Origin: Candidatus Bathyarchaeota archaeon
GTDB taxonomy: Archaea > Thermoproteota > Bathyarchaeia > Bathyarchaeales > Bathycorpusculaceae
Reading direction: 5' to 3'
Length of the DNA stretch: 64,000 nt
Assembly (NCBI GenBank): GCA_963833575.1
Contig: CAWHXY010000004.1
Location: 192,001-256,000 of the forward strand
Position 1 is the first letter of the stretch. Each line of letters starts with the position of its first letter. Below the pieces are notes generated by a model. That model was not told where the DNA came from. It did no database searches and saw only the letters and a program-made list of their open reading frames with translations. The translations under genes were made by a program, and so were the position numbers. Shown here piece by piece: positions 28,495-37,795 of the stretch.

Positions 28495-28923
28495 ATGAAT
28501 AAAATCTACACAATTGGATTTACTAAGAAAACGCTGCCAGACTTTATTGCCCGTCTAAGGAAAAGCGGTGTTCAAAGGATTGTGGATATTCGTTTAAACA
28601 ACTCATCCCAACTGTCAGGATTCGCAAAAAGCAAAGACTTAGAATTTATACTAAAACTAGTTGGAATCGAATACATTAGCGTAAAAAATCTTGCACCAGA
28701 TAAAACTCTTCTTGATAAATACCACGAAAATAAAGACTGGGATGAGTACGAAGTCAATTTTAAAGCCCTGATGGAAACTCGGAACGCAAAAAAGACGCTA
28801 AATGAACTTCAGCTTGATAAGAAAATATCCTGCTTCCTCTGTAGCGAGGATAAACCCGAGAAATGCCATAGGCGTTTGGTCGCTGAAATGCTCGACAAAA
28901 GCTTTGTGATTGTACATTTGTAG
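28495..28923 (+). CDS. DUF488-family protein
   Basis: IYTIGFTKK, VDIRLNNSSQLSGFAK, LAP, LCSEDKPEKCHRRLVAE. Confidence 0.9.
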   Translation: MNKIYTIGFTKKTLPDFIARLRKSGVQRIVDIRLNNSSQLSGFAKSKDLEFILKLVGIEYISVKNLAPDKTLLDKYHENKDWDEYEVNFKALMETRNAKKTLNELQLDKKISCFLCSEDKPEKCHRRLVAEMLDKSFVIVHL

Positions 28924-28972
28924 TTAAGTTTTACTAAAACCTTAATTCACTAAAAACCGAATTTCTGTCAGC

Positions 28973-29182
28973 CTATCGTTTCTTAGCATGATATGATGAA
29001 TGGTGACTTTTACTCATTTGGTCAAGATTGCTTCTTCTGAAATTGCTCTTGTCTCCATCTCTGTGGTGAATAACGCTATCTCCTAAAGGACCATACATGT
29101 TTCTTGCTACATCCCTATGCACTAATCTATTGCTATCGTTCCATCTAGGGTAGCCATTTCTGTCTTTGTGAGTGTTTCCCAT
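28973..29182 (-). CDS. Minimal HNH endonuclease-like protein
   Basis: VHRDVA..VIHHRDGDKSNFRRSNL..H. Confidence 0.8.
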   Translation of the reverse strand: MGNTHKDRNGYPRWNDSNRLVHRDVARNMYGPLGDSVIHHRDGDKSNFRRSNLDQMSKSHHSSYHAKKR

Positions 29183-29479
29183 ATTGACTCACCTCGGTTA
29201 AGCATAAGAAATCAAGCGGCTGTTCTTAAATCCGACTGTGCGGTCATGTAAGTGCAAAAGTGTTGTACGTGTGTGAATAAAAGTAAGAGTTCCCGCGCTT
29301 CAAGAGTATGAGTGGCTCAGGAGATTACTAAGTCTTCTTTTGATAATAAAACAGCCATTATAAGTCACAAAAAAATAAGATTTGAGAAAAAAGACAATCG
29401 AAGTTGATTTAAAGGAAATAAAGTCAATGCAGCTGATTCCAAGATTAATGTCTTATAAGCAAACAGATTACTACTCAAA

Positions 29480-30091
29480 TCAGGATTTGAGCAGCTTGCG
29501 TATTTCGAATACAAAATCCCTCGCTCGCTCAAGAGAAGTCTGAGCATATCCTCTTTTTGCTTGAACCCCAATATCATATTGGAACTTGCTTCTCTTCCTG
29601 CGTTCGCCTTCATAAGAAATTATCAATTCGTCTGCTTTTTTCTGCATCCTTTTCATGAGTTCTTCTCGGCCTACAAGTTCCAAGCCTACTGTCTGAGCTT
29701 CCTCATACTGCTCAAGTAGTCTGGCCAATTTCTCGTTTGACGCAAAGAAGTGAATGAGTGCATCCGCTGTAACTTTATGAACTATTTGTCCTGTTGCCCT
29801 GATGCCTTGTTTAGCTAAAATTGCTGTTGCCGCATAGAACATTGAGTAGTATGATGACACGATGACCCATAGATAGGACTCGAAATCTGAGCTGACTTTC
29901 AATGTTTCTTTAAGGGAGTTCTCGTCTGATATTTCCTGCAGAATTGAAGCGGTTCGAAGAGAGGATTCAGCATTAGCCATAAAAAAATCAACAAAACGAG
30001 GTGCATCCTTTTCGCCAGTCTTCAGCAGGCCGTCTTCTACGTATATTTTCACATTTCTTCTTGCTTCATCAATCCTTTCTTTTTCTATCAT
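29480..30091 (-). CDS. HEPN-domain protein (MNT-HEPN pair)
   Basis: WVIVSSYYSMFYAATA, HKVT, R..FQY. Confidence 0.88.
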   Translation of the reverse strand: MIEKERIDEARRNVKIYVEDGLLKTGEKDAPRFVDFFMANAESSLRTASILQEISDENSLKETLKVSSDFESYLWVIVSSYYSMFYAATAILAKQGIRATGQIVHKVTADALIHFFASNEKLARLLEQYEEAQTVGLELVGREELMKRMQKKADELIISYEGERRKRSKFQYDIGVQAKRGYAQTSLERARDFVFEIRKLLKS

Positions 30092-30705
30092 AGTACTTCC
30101 TCCAACATTTTGAATAACATCTCTGCGCCGTATGGAACAATTCGGTTATCTACTGCCTCCCGAGCAACATTAGGCTTTTTCTGTTTAAGAAGCTCCAAAA
30201 ACTCACTGTGGGTTAATATTGTCTCATGGATGCCCATTGGACTAACACGCTGAATAGATCCTACAGCTGCTTCCACGTCTTTTTCAAAACTGTGCTCAGG
30301 AATTATTAAGAGCACGTCTAAATCCGATCTTGGTGAAGCTTTGTCTTTCACATGGGAACCGAATAGTATGAAAGTGAAGAAGGGCGATGAAATCTTGGAG
30401 GTTAGATCGTCTACGAGGATTTCAATATTTTTGTGTTTTTCAAAGAATCGGCTCGCGCGTACCCATTCTATGTAAGCAAGAAGCGACGAGTTACCTTTTA
30501 GTTTGAGTCTACAATAAGTTACTGGGCGTTTCTTCTCGGCAATTATGTACTGTTGCTCGGCTAGTCGCATGGTCATAGTGTGTGTAATTTTGTAGTCTTT
30601 TCCGATTGCGTCTGTTATTTGCCGCACTGTGAAGGTTTCTCGGATTCTTGAGCTTAGAAAAACTAGGATTTCGACTGAAGTTTTAGTTAATGGTTCTAAG
30701 TACAT
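30088..30705 (-). CDS. wHTH + minimal nucleotidyltransferase (MNT antitoxin)
   Basis: ILFGSHV..SDLDVLLI; overlaps the HEPN start. Confidence 0.88.
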   Translation of the reverse strand: MYLEPLTKTSVEILVFLSSRIRETFTVRQITDAIGKDYKITHTMTMRLAEQQYIIAEKKRPVTYCRLKLKGNSSLLAYIEWVRASRFFEKHKNIEILVDDLTSKISSPFFTFILFGSHVKDKASPRSDLDVLLIIPEHSFEKDVEAAVGSIQRVSPMGIHETILTHSEFLELLKQKKPNVAREAVDNRIVPYGAEMLFKMLEEVL

Positions 30706-30717
30706 AATATTATGTAC
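30700..30717. promoter_or_regulatory. Perfect 18-bp palindrome over the MNT start codon (putative operator)
   Basis: GTACATAATATTATGTAC. Confidence 0.65.
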
Positions 30718-30755
30718 CTAAGTACATATGTCACCTATTAAATCTTGCGCTATTC

Positions 30756-31019
30756 TTACCTGTTTTTCCCGACTTGCCTTATTTCGTCTTCTATTTCTTC
30801 GTAGGAAATCTTCAGTTTCTTCTCATCCATCATCTTGAATATGCTGTCCCATTCCTTTTTCAAGTCAGGAATTTCCAGCTTCTTCATTATAATTGTGTCG
30901 CCTTTTCCGTAGACTAGAAATTTGTTTTTTGCCTTTATTCCCATCTGCTTTCTGATGGATTGTGGAATTACGACCTGTCCTTTTTCGCTGATTGTTGTAA
31001 CTTGTGGTTCCTCTGTCAT
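30756..31019 (-). CDS. AbrB-family protein (no adjacent PIN toxin)
   Basis: ISEKGQVVIPQSIRKQMGI; paralog of 2012..2302. Confidence 0.87.
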   Translation of the reverse strand: MTEEPQVTTISEKGQVVIPQSIRKQMGIKAKNKFLVYGKGDTIIMKKLEIPDLKKEWDSIFKMMDEKKLKISYEEIEDEIRQVGKNR

Positions 31020-31155
31020 AAGTAAGAATAGTTTACTTTCATACTATTATACATTATCAATCTAGTTAAGAAAGTCAATCTACGCCAATTTAACCTAATC
31101 TTTTAAGTATCTAAAATCATGTTGGTTCGGGTTATCAGGAATAGTGATTGCATCT

Positions 31156-31302
31156 TTTTGACGTTTGTTGACGTTCCTCGACGTCCTTTGACGGCTATTG
31201 ACGACTGTTAACGCAACCTGCAAACGTAGCAAGCTCTAAAACAAAAGAGCAGCCCAAAACAACTGTTCAGAAAATGGCAATTTCCATTGTTGTTGTTCTT
31301 CT
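31156..31302 (+). repeat. Dispersed element copy A (TTGACG 10-bp array x6 + conserved body)
   Basis: ACG at 31161/71/81/91/201/211, CAACCTGCAAAC at 31214, TGTTGTTGTTCTTCT end. Confidence 0.9.
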
Positions 31303-31370
31303 AAATAATATTTCTCAAGAATCAGCATTACTTTAGAGCTTGTCCATTTTAATATAGAAGACACAAAAAA

Positions 31371-31769
31371 TTAAGGTGCGCTACACCATTTTGTTTTCAG
31401 ATTTTGTATTTCTTTAAAGTGCGGGTCGTCGGAAAACAAGATGCATTCATGAATTTGAGCGGATGCGGCGATTACGCTGTCAGCCATCGGTATTGAATGG
31501 GTGCTTCTAAGTTCTGCACTTTTCACTGCGGTGTTATAGTCTACGTCAATAATTTGAAAGTCTCTGCGTATTGTGTTGCTTCTTAGGGCTGCAACATCTT
31601 TGCCTTCTCTTTTCAAATTAATGCGGTGTATCTCATGAATTGTCAATGAAGAAACCATCCTTTCTTTAACTGACCTTAATTCTTCTTTAAGTTTTCTTAA
31701 AAGCTCATTATTGTCTGAATAGAAATATTCGACAAAAAACCGAGTGTCATATAATCGTCTTTCAGGCAT
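31371..31769 (-). CDS. vapC: VapC-type PIN toxin
   Basis: LYDTRFF, MADSVIAASA, FSDDPHF; paralog of 2348..2746. Confidence 0.9.
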   Translation of the reverse strand: MPERRLYDTRFFVEYFYSDNNELLRKLKEELRSVKERMVSSLTIHEIHRINLKREGKDVAALRSNTIRRDFQIIDVDYNTAVKSAELRSTHSIPMADSVIAASAQIHECILFSDDPHFKEIQNLKTKWCSAP

Positions 31770-31989
31770 CCTGATTCCTCATTTGATCCAGCATCTGTTT
31801 TAACTCGGCAACATTGGCTTTTCCAGCGCCGCTTCCAGCGAGATCAAAAATGCTCGGGCTCTTTTTTATTATGATCACGCCGTCTTGCTCAACAATCTTT
31901 ACTTTGGAGTTTTCTTCTATGCCAAACTTTCTTCTAAGTTCCACTGGAATAGTGACTTGTCCCTTCCGCGTAACAACAACTTCAGTCAT
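31762..31989 (-). CDS. vapB: AbrB-family antitoxin (VapB)
   Basis: VTRKGQVTIPVELRRKFGI; overlaps the PIN start. Confidence 0.9.
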   Translation of the reverse strand: MTEVVVTRKGQVTIPVELRRKFGIEENSKVKIVEQDGVIIIKKSPSIFDLAGSGAGKANVAELKQMLDQMRNQDA

Positions 31990-32084
31990 ACCATTACCAA
32001 TGTACAACTCATACAAAAGTACTACTTAACTTTTCTCCAACACAATCAACTAAACTACCCCAAAATAACTGCATAAAGGGGAAT

Positions 32085-32162
32085 GAAAACAAACCCCTCA
32101 ACAAGAAAGCAGCCCAAAACAGCATCTTCAAAAATGGCGACACAGGCGTTGTTGTTCTTCTT
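32085..32162 (+). repeat. Dispersed element copy B (body only, degenerate 5' part)
   Basis: AAAGCAGCCCAAAAC..AAAATGGCG..GTTGTTGTTCTTC. Confidence 0.75.
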
Positions 32163-32282
32163 GTTCTTTCAAAGCTTAAATCAACAAAAGCATTAAGCAA
32201 AGAAAAACCTTAAAACCGCGAAGAAAAAAATGCCACTTAAAACCATCTTAACTGAATTTCAGGCGTCTAACAAATTTATGTT

Positions 32283-32395
32283 CTCAAATTGTCTAAAAAT
32301 GTCAAATAATGTCAAATCGTGTCAAATTATGTCAAAAAATGTATCAACCTGCAACCAAATCAAACCCCAAATCAAAAAAGCAACCCAAAACACAA
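32283..32395 (+). repeat. Dispersed element copy C (TGTCAA 10-bp array)
   Basis: TGTC at 32290/300/310/320/330, CAACCTGCAAC at 32345, AAAAAAGCAACCCAAAAC. Confidence 0.9.
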
Positions 32396-32505
32396 ACAAA
32401 GAAATTTGAACGAGAATATCCAATCGGAGATTGTGACAGTTAACTGATTCTGGTCTGAATTATTTATTAGGTGGTTAAAGTCAAATCTAGGTTGAGGCGT
32501 TTTCT

Positions 32506-33000
32506 GTGAGTTTTGAAACACAAGTTGCAAAGACTTTGCCGATGGATAAGTTGGAGAAGCGTATTGTCGAGTTTCTGAAGGAGCAGAATATGTGTGTTCT
32601 CGCTACTTGCGGCGAGGGGGTTGCGCGTGCTACTCCAATTGAGTTTCACTCTAAAGGATTAACATTGTATTTTGTAGGAGAACCAGGAACGAAGATAAAG
32701 AACATTGCCAGGAATCCAAATGTGAGCGTGGGCATTTTTCTGCCATATACGGGTTGGGACAGCGCGAAAGGTGCGCAGATCACTGGAAAAGCAACAGTTA
32801 TCTCCAGAAACAGCCCTGAGGAATTCAAAGAAGGCTTAGAAGCATATCAATGGGAAAAAACAGCCAAAGAATTAAACATAAAGATGTTTCCTAAGTCAGT
32901 GGAGTTAATCAAAGTTGAACCAGAAAAAATCGAATACGTAGATATGTCACTGAAAAAACTAGGCTACAACCCACGACAAGTGTACACCTCAGTTAAATAA
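32506..33000 (+). CDS. Pyridoxamine 5'-phosphate oxidase-like FMN-binding protein
   Basis: CVLAT..ATPI..KIKNIARNPNVS, GAQITGKA. Confidence 0.87.
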   Translation: MSFETQVAKTLPMDKLEKRIVEFLKEQNMCVLATCGEGVARATPIEFHSKGLTLYFVGEPGTKIKNIARNPNVSVGIFLPYTGWDSAKGAQITGKATVISRNSPEEFKEGLEAYQWEKTAKELNIKMFPKSVELIKVEPEKIEYVDMSLKKLGYNPRQVYTSVK

Positions 33001-33103
33001 AGACAAAAGTTCAATCTCCCACGAGGTATACCTTCATTTTCTGAACAGTGCCATCGTTAATAGTTATAAGATTCGCTGTGGCAATTATTTGTAGGGATTT
33101 GTT

Positions 33104-33307
33104 ATGAAAGTGAAAATTAAAGAGAACGGTCCTATTTTGTTAGAATCGAATGGGCATGCAAAAATAACGCAAAATGGACAGGAAAAACCAATCCAAGGCT
33201 CAATAGTAGCACTGTGCCGCTGCGGCCAAAGCAAAAACTTACCATTCTGCGATGGATCACACGCAAAAGCCAACTTCAAAGCAGATGCAGCAGAAATCGA
33301 CATCTAA
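33104..33307 (+). CDS. CDGSH iron-sulfur domain protein
   Basis: ALCRCGQSKNLPFCDGSH. Confidence 0.95.
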   Translation: MKVKIKENGPILLESNGHAKITQNGQEKPIQGSIVALCRCGQSKNLPFCDGSHAKANFKADAAEIDI

Positions 33308-33463
33308 ACGGCAACTGAGTTTCAGCCGCCTCAAGAATCCTTTTTTCAAACAAAGCTACGAAAGAACTTGCAAACTTCCTAAAATATTTTCAAAATCAGA
33401 ATCCACAGGCTTGGGCAATAACAATTATACCACACGAATCACTTACTTTATCAAGGTTATTTT

Positions 33464-33844
33464 ATGTTAAGACATGCAGAGCCTAAAGAACAGTATATTT
33501 CAGACTTGAAAATTACGAAGATCTTAAGCACGGTGCCACATGATAAAGCATTTTATTTTTACACTGATCTTGGCCGCTACACTGGTGAGGCAGCTACAGA
33601 CTTAGCAACATTCGCTCAAAAGCTGGAAACGATAAATGCTGATTGTGTCAAATTTCATTTTCAAAGAAACGACTATCAAAACTGGATAAAAACCACTGTA
33701 GGGGATAATGTCTTAGCTGAACGAATCAACCAAATAAACCGACAGCTCCCTGTTGAGGAATTGAGGAAGGAACTTGCTGAAACCGTGCAAACACGAATCA
33801 CGCAGCTAAAGCTTCAACACGACCAAATGATCCGCTCACAATAA
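33464..33844 (+). CDS. DUF5752-family protein
   Basis: AFYFYT..G.YTGE.A, VKFHFQRNDY.NWI..VGD..LA. Confidence 0.8.
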   Translation: MLRHAEPKEQYISDLKITKILSTVPHDKAFYFYTDLGRYTGEAATDLATFAQKLETINADCVKFHFQRNDYQNWIKTTVGDNVLAERINQINRQLPVEELRKELAETVQTRITQLKLQHDQMIRSQ

Positions 33845-33910
33845 AGCAGGGTAGGTCGCTAAAAACTCCTAAACAATTGGTTATGAATGTTTTACAGAAG
33901 ATCTGGATTT

Positions 33911-35056
33911 TCAAGTTTTTCTCCTCTTTGCAACGATAACTGCAGACAAGACTACGATCATCGAGACAAACAGAGTGATTCCAACCAGTTGGCTAGGAAA
34001 CTCTGGAACTGAAGATGTCGCAGACGGAGTTGAGGTAGATGTTGTGGCTGAAGACGCTGGGCTTGGCGTAATGGATGTGCTTGAGGAATCTGATATCACT
34101 GAGACCGTGTCACTCTTAGAATTGGTTACGAATGTTTCACCCTTAGCAGAATCGTAAGCCACAAAATCAGGAACGATGCCAACGTTTACGGTCGCAACCA
34201 CTGCGTTGGTGCTGTCCGATATTACCGAAACAGAGTTGTTGCCGCCATTGGCCACGAAAATCTGGCCCATGCCGGAATCATAAGCAACGCCATAGGGATA
34301 GGCAGAAGGGACAAGATTGATTGTTCCGACGATGGAATCGGTGCTATCTGATATAGCCAAGACCTGATTGTCGTTGGTGTCGGACACGAATATCTCGTTT
34401 TTGACGGGATCATAAGCCACTCCATAAACATAGTTGCCCACTTGGAACCCATTGACTACGGTATTGTTGTTGTCTGCAATAACTTCTATTTCGTTAGCTG
34501 AATTTACGGCCACGAAAATCTCGCCCGTGCCCGAATCATAAGCTGCACCCAAGGGGTTGTCCTGAACAGTTACGGTTGCTACCAATTGATTAGTGGCGTC
34601 TGATATTACTGAAACGGTGTTGATACCGGAATTGGTTACGTAGATCTCGCCATTGCCGGAATCGTAGGCCACGCTCCAGGGGTTGGTTCCAACGCTCACG
34701 GTTGCCACCACCTTATTAGTGCTGTCCGATATGACCGAGACAGAATTAGAACCCCAGTTGGACACAAATATCTCGCCCTTGGTAGAATCATATGCTAAGC
34801 CCCAAGGAGTAGTTCCTACAGTAATCGTTGCGACAACCTTATTGGTGCCTTCCGATATGACCGAGACGGAGTTAGCGCCAGCACCATAATTCGCTACGAA
34901 TATCTCGCCTCTGGCAGAATCATATGCTACGCCCTCCGGAGAACTTCCCACTGTAACCGTCGCTGTTACCCCAGCGGCGTGGACTGCGTTGACTGCTGAC
35001 AAAACAAAAATCATAATGAATAGTAAACTCAAAATCCTACAAACTCTAAATCTCAT
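33911..35056 (-). CDS. YVTN/YncE beta-propeller surface protein with PEF-CTERM-like sorting tail
   Basis: Seven AYDS..GEIFV.N..SVSVISD repeats; VPEFP + TM + KRRK. Confidence 0.9.
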   Translation of the reverse strand: MRFRVCRILSLLFIMIFVLSAVNAVHAAGVTATVTVGSSPEGVAYDSARGEIFVANYGAGANSVSVISEGTNKVVATITVGTTPWGLAYDSTKGEIFVSNWGSNSVSVISDSTNKVVATVSVGTNPWSVAYDSGNGEIYVTNSGINTVSVISDATNQLVATVTVQDNPLGAAYDSGTGEIFVAVNSANEIEVIADNNNTVVNGFQVGNYVYGVAYDPVKNEIFVSDTNDNQVLAISDSTDSIVGTINLVPSAYPYGVAYDSGMGQIFVANGGNNSVSVISDSTNAVVATVNVGIVPDFVAYDSAKGETFVTNSKSDTVSVISDSSSTSITPSPASSATTSTSTPSATSSVPEFPSQLVGITLFVSMIVVLSAVIVAKRRKT

Positions 35057-35472
35057 TATCCTCTCTCACCTTTGTGTCCCCTCAAGTGAAATGCAGATAA
35101 AAGCATTTCGCCAAGCAACACGTCGGTAAGATGCCAAAAGCTCGCTTTCTTCTGTTTCTTTCTGAATCCATTGCCCCGAAAGAGTCGCAGCAATTTCGAA
35201 GCTATGCCTAGCAAAGTCTCCGTCATATCTGATTCTCAAGTGCACTTGGAAGTTCTGGATCTCCAAGCACAACATCATCTGCGTCCCCTTCCCAAACGGT
35301 GCTCGAATTAAGCAGCACTTATACTATAAGCATCAACGATAATAGTAATTTTTGCGCCCATACAGAACGGGTGACTTTTTCAATGAAAATGCAAAGTTTG
35401 TACAAATTAGGGAAAAGTCTTAAATTGAAACTGGAAAATAGGCTAAAAGAGAAGAAATTCGAGGGAATGCAA

Positions 35473-35832
35473 ATGAAAATCAAAGTTTGGAAACTCTTAG
35501 GTTTGTTATCAGTAGTGATCTTCATGTTGTCCTCAGCCGGTTCAGTTCATGCTGCAGCCGCAACAGCAACTATAACCGTAGGAAACAGTCCCGTAGGCGT
35601 GGCTTACGATTCTGGCAAAGGCGAAATATTCGTAGCGAACAACTGGGCAAATACAGTTTCTGTCTTATCTGATTCCTCCGGGACATCTAGCACGTCTAGC
35701 CCAACAGCATCTGCATCAAAAAATCCATCAGTACCTGAATTCGGAAGCACAGCGCTCATCATGGTTGTGGCGACAATGGTTGTTGCGGCATGTGCAGTTG
35801 CTTTGACAGTGAGGATAAGAAAACAACTGTGA
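35473..35832 (+). CDS. Single-blade YVTN protein with signal peptide and PEFG sorting tail
   Basis: One AYDSGKGEIFVANN..TVSVLSD repeat, S/T linker, VPEFG + TM + RIRKQ. Confidence 0.75.
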   Translation: MKIKVWKLLGLLSVVIFMLSSAGSVHAAAATATITVGNSPVGVAYDSGKGEIFVANNWANTVSVLSDSSGTSSTSSPTASASKNPSVPEFGSTALIMVVATMVVAACAVALTVRIRKQL

Positions 35833-36096
35833 TAGTATCAAGAAGAAATGGAGATTGCGAAAAAGTCCCCTTTATTTTTTCCCTTTTTAGTTGCTTGCAT
35901 AAAGATTGTTAAAATTGGAGAATGCGGAAACTAGAACTCCATGTTTTTTAAAAAGTTTTTAGGTTCTGTTCTTATCTCGTAAGTTGGATCTTAGCGATCA
36001 AGGTCACTGGTTGCGGTTGGCATGATCGAGATTTAAAACTTGATTTTAATGAATTTTGGGACAAGCGATCGCCCAGACTCAAAACTGAATTGATGA

Positions 36097-36501
36097 CTAC
36101 TCTATTTGGAAGACGTTTCCACATTTTGTGCAACTGATGCTTTGCTTCCCAGTTTCTTTGGAAATAACCAAAAGATAACCGCAAGATGGACACTTGATTG
36201 TTTGTATCTTATTTTTAGCCGGTTCGGTTCTCTTGGCTGGTTCTGTTCTGGGCTCTGGTTCAGTTCGGGCTTCTGGCTCCGTTCTAGGCGCCGGTTCAGT
36301 TCTAGCCTCTGGTTCCCATTTGCTTGCTTGAACTTTTGTCAACAAACTCATCCCGATAAGTAACTCCAAAACATCTGCCGCTTTTATGTTTACCTCATCG
36401 CACACTCTGGTCGCAGACCACTTGATAGACAAGATGGTGCGCGGATACGTGGTGCCTTGTCTAGGCCAAGTGAGGGTTCTTAAAGCGCAATCTGGAACCA
36501 A
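36097..36501 (-). CDS. Protein (possibly 5'-truncated) with EPxxRT repeats and C-terminal zinc ribbon
   Basis: 18-nt tandem repeats; CPSCG..CTKCG. Confidence 0.6.
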   Translation of the reverse strand: MVPDCALRTLTWPRQGTTYPRTILSIKWSATRVCDEVNIKAADVLELLIGMSLLTKVQASKWEPEARTEPAPRTEPEARTEPEPRTEPAKRTEPAKNKIQTIKCPSCGYLLVISKETGKQSISCTKCGNVFQIE

Positions 36502-36595
36502 TTTAAACCCTGAAACAAAAAGTTAGGTGGAGCAAGCTGGTTAAGATTCAGATAATTCAATAGTGCGAACGGCTTTGATGTCAGATTTTTCGCGG

Positions 36596-36774
36596 TTAAA
36601 TCGATTGAACGCGATTAAACTAGCTTAAAATAGCTTAAACTAGCTTGAACTAGCTTAAAAGGGATTAAACTAGCTAAAAATGCACTCAACCTGCAAACAA
36701 AGCAAAGGCTGAATCAAAAAAGCAACCTAAAACAACTTGAACAAAATGGCAACGCCAACGCTGTAGTTCTTTTT
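36596..36774 (+). repeat. Dispersed element copy D (TAGCTTAAAC 10-bp array x8)
   Basis: Units at 36601..36671, CAACCTGCAAAC at 36687, AAAAAAGCAACCTAAAAC, AAAATGGCAA. Confidence 0.9.
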
Positions 36775-36849
36775 AAGAAAAGTAATTTTTGAAAATTAGG
36801 AATAGTTAAATATTTACTCTATAAAGGTAGATTTAGGGAGAATGGATTT

Positions 36850-37647
36850 TTGAATCAAACTGTAACTTTCAAGTGTTCTGACGGCGCTGATATGACAACT
36901 TATGTTGCCGCGCCTAAATCTGAAGGTCGACACCCGGCAATCATTATTGTCCATGAAGCTTGGGGCCTTAACGACCAGATTAAAGGTGTAGCGAACAGAT
37001 TTTCTGACCAGGGCTTTGTTGGCATAGCTCCTCATCTTTTCAGCCGAGACAAAGATCTAACTGAACAAGCAATTGAGAAAGCTATGATGCGGATGTGGCA
37101 AATTCCCCCCGAAAAACGCAGCGACCCCACAACTGTACAGAGCTTAATGGCAAGTCTACCCGAGAATGAACGAAAAATAGTGAATTTCTTCTTCGCAGGC
37201 CGAGAAAACGCTGAAAAAACAATGACACAAGACCTTCTCTGCTGCATAAACTATACTAAAACCTTAGAAGAGGTAGATGGAGAAAACCTTGGAATTACAG
37301 GTTTTTGTTTAGGCGGAGGCCTAACCTACCAACTTGCAACCGAATACCCATTCAAAGCAGCCGTTCCCTTTTATGGCGCAAATCCCAAACCACTTGAAGC
37401 AATCGCCAAAATTAAGTGCCCAATATTTGGAATCTACGCAGGAGAAGACCTAAGAATTACCAGCACAGTTCCAGCCCTAGTAGAAAGCATGATAGCCAAT
37501 AAGAAAACGTTTCAAATGAAAATCTACCAAGGAACACAGCACGCCTTCTTCAACGAAAAAAGACCATCATACAATAAAGACGCAGCGGAAGATGCATGGA
37601 CCATGACTTTAGCCTTCTTCAACAAGTACCTCAAGGCGAACAAATGA
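36850..37647 (+). CDS. Dienelactone hydrolase family protein
   Basis: HEAWGLN, GFCLGG, HAFFNE. Confidence 0.93.
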   Translation: MNQTVTFKCSDGADMTTYVAAPKSEGRHPAIIIVHEAWGLNDQIKGVANRFSDQGFVGIAPHLFSRDKDLTEQAIEKAMMRMWQIPPEKRSDPTTVQSLMASLPENERKIVNFFFAGRENAEKTMTQDLLCCINYTKTLEEVDGENLGITGFCLGGGLTYQLATEYPFKAAVPFYGANPKPLEAIAKIKCPIFGIYAGEDLRITSTVPALVESMIANKKTFQMKIYQGTQHAFFNEKRPSYNKDAAEDAWTMTLAFFNKYLKANK

Positions 37648-37795
37648 GCACCAAACAAAACCAGAAAGAGGCAAGTCTCCTCTGGGACTGCTTCACCAAC
37701 TGGTCCCAAACACTAGAAAAAACCTTAGAACAAAAAGACACAGCAACAAAATCGCAGAGTTTCTAGGCTAATATGTTCTAGTATAATTTGACGAC

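Noticed and set aside
31214-31302. Element body as an integron attC site
   Set aside because: CAAC..GTTG ends are suggestive, but there is no conserved extended hairpin across copies and no IntI in the window
32009-32200. 63-aa minus-strand ORF (RRTTT..LFWAAFLL) as a gene
   Set aside because: It is the reverse translation of the repeat body; indels among copies do not preserve a frame
37644-37766. 40-aa ORF coupled to the dienelactone hydrolase stop
   Set aside because: Too short, with no recognisable motif; possibly a truncated gene but unsupported
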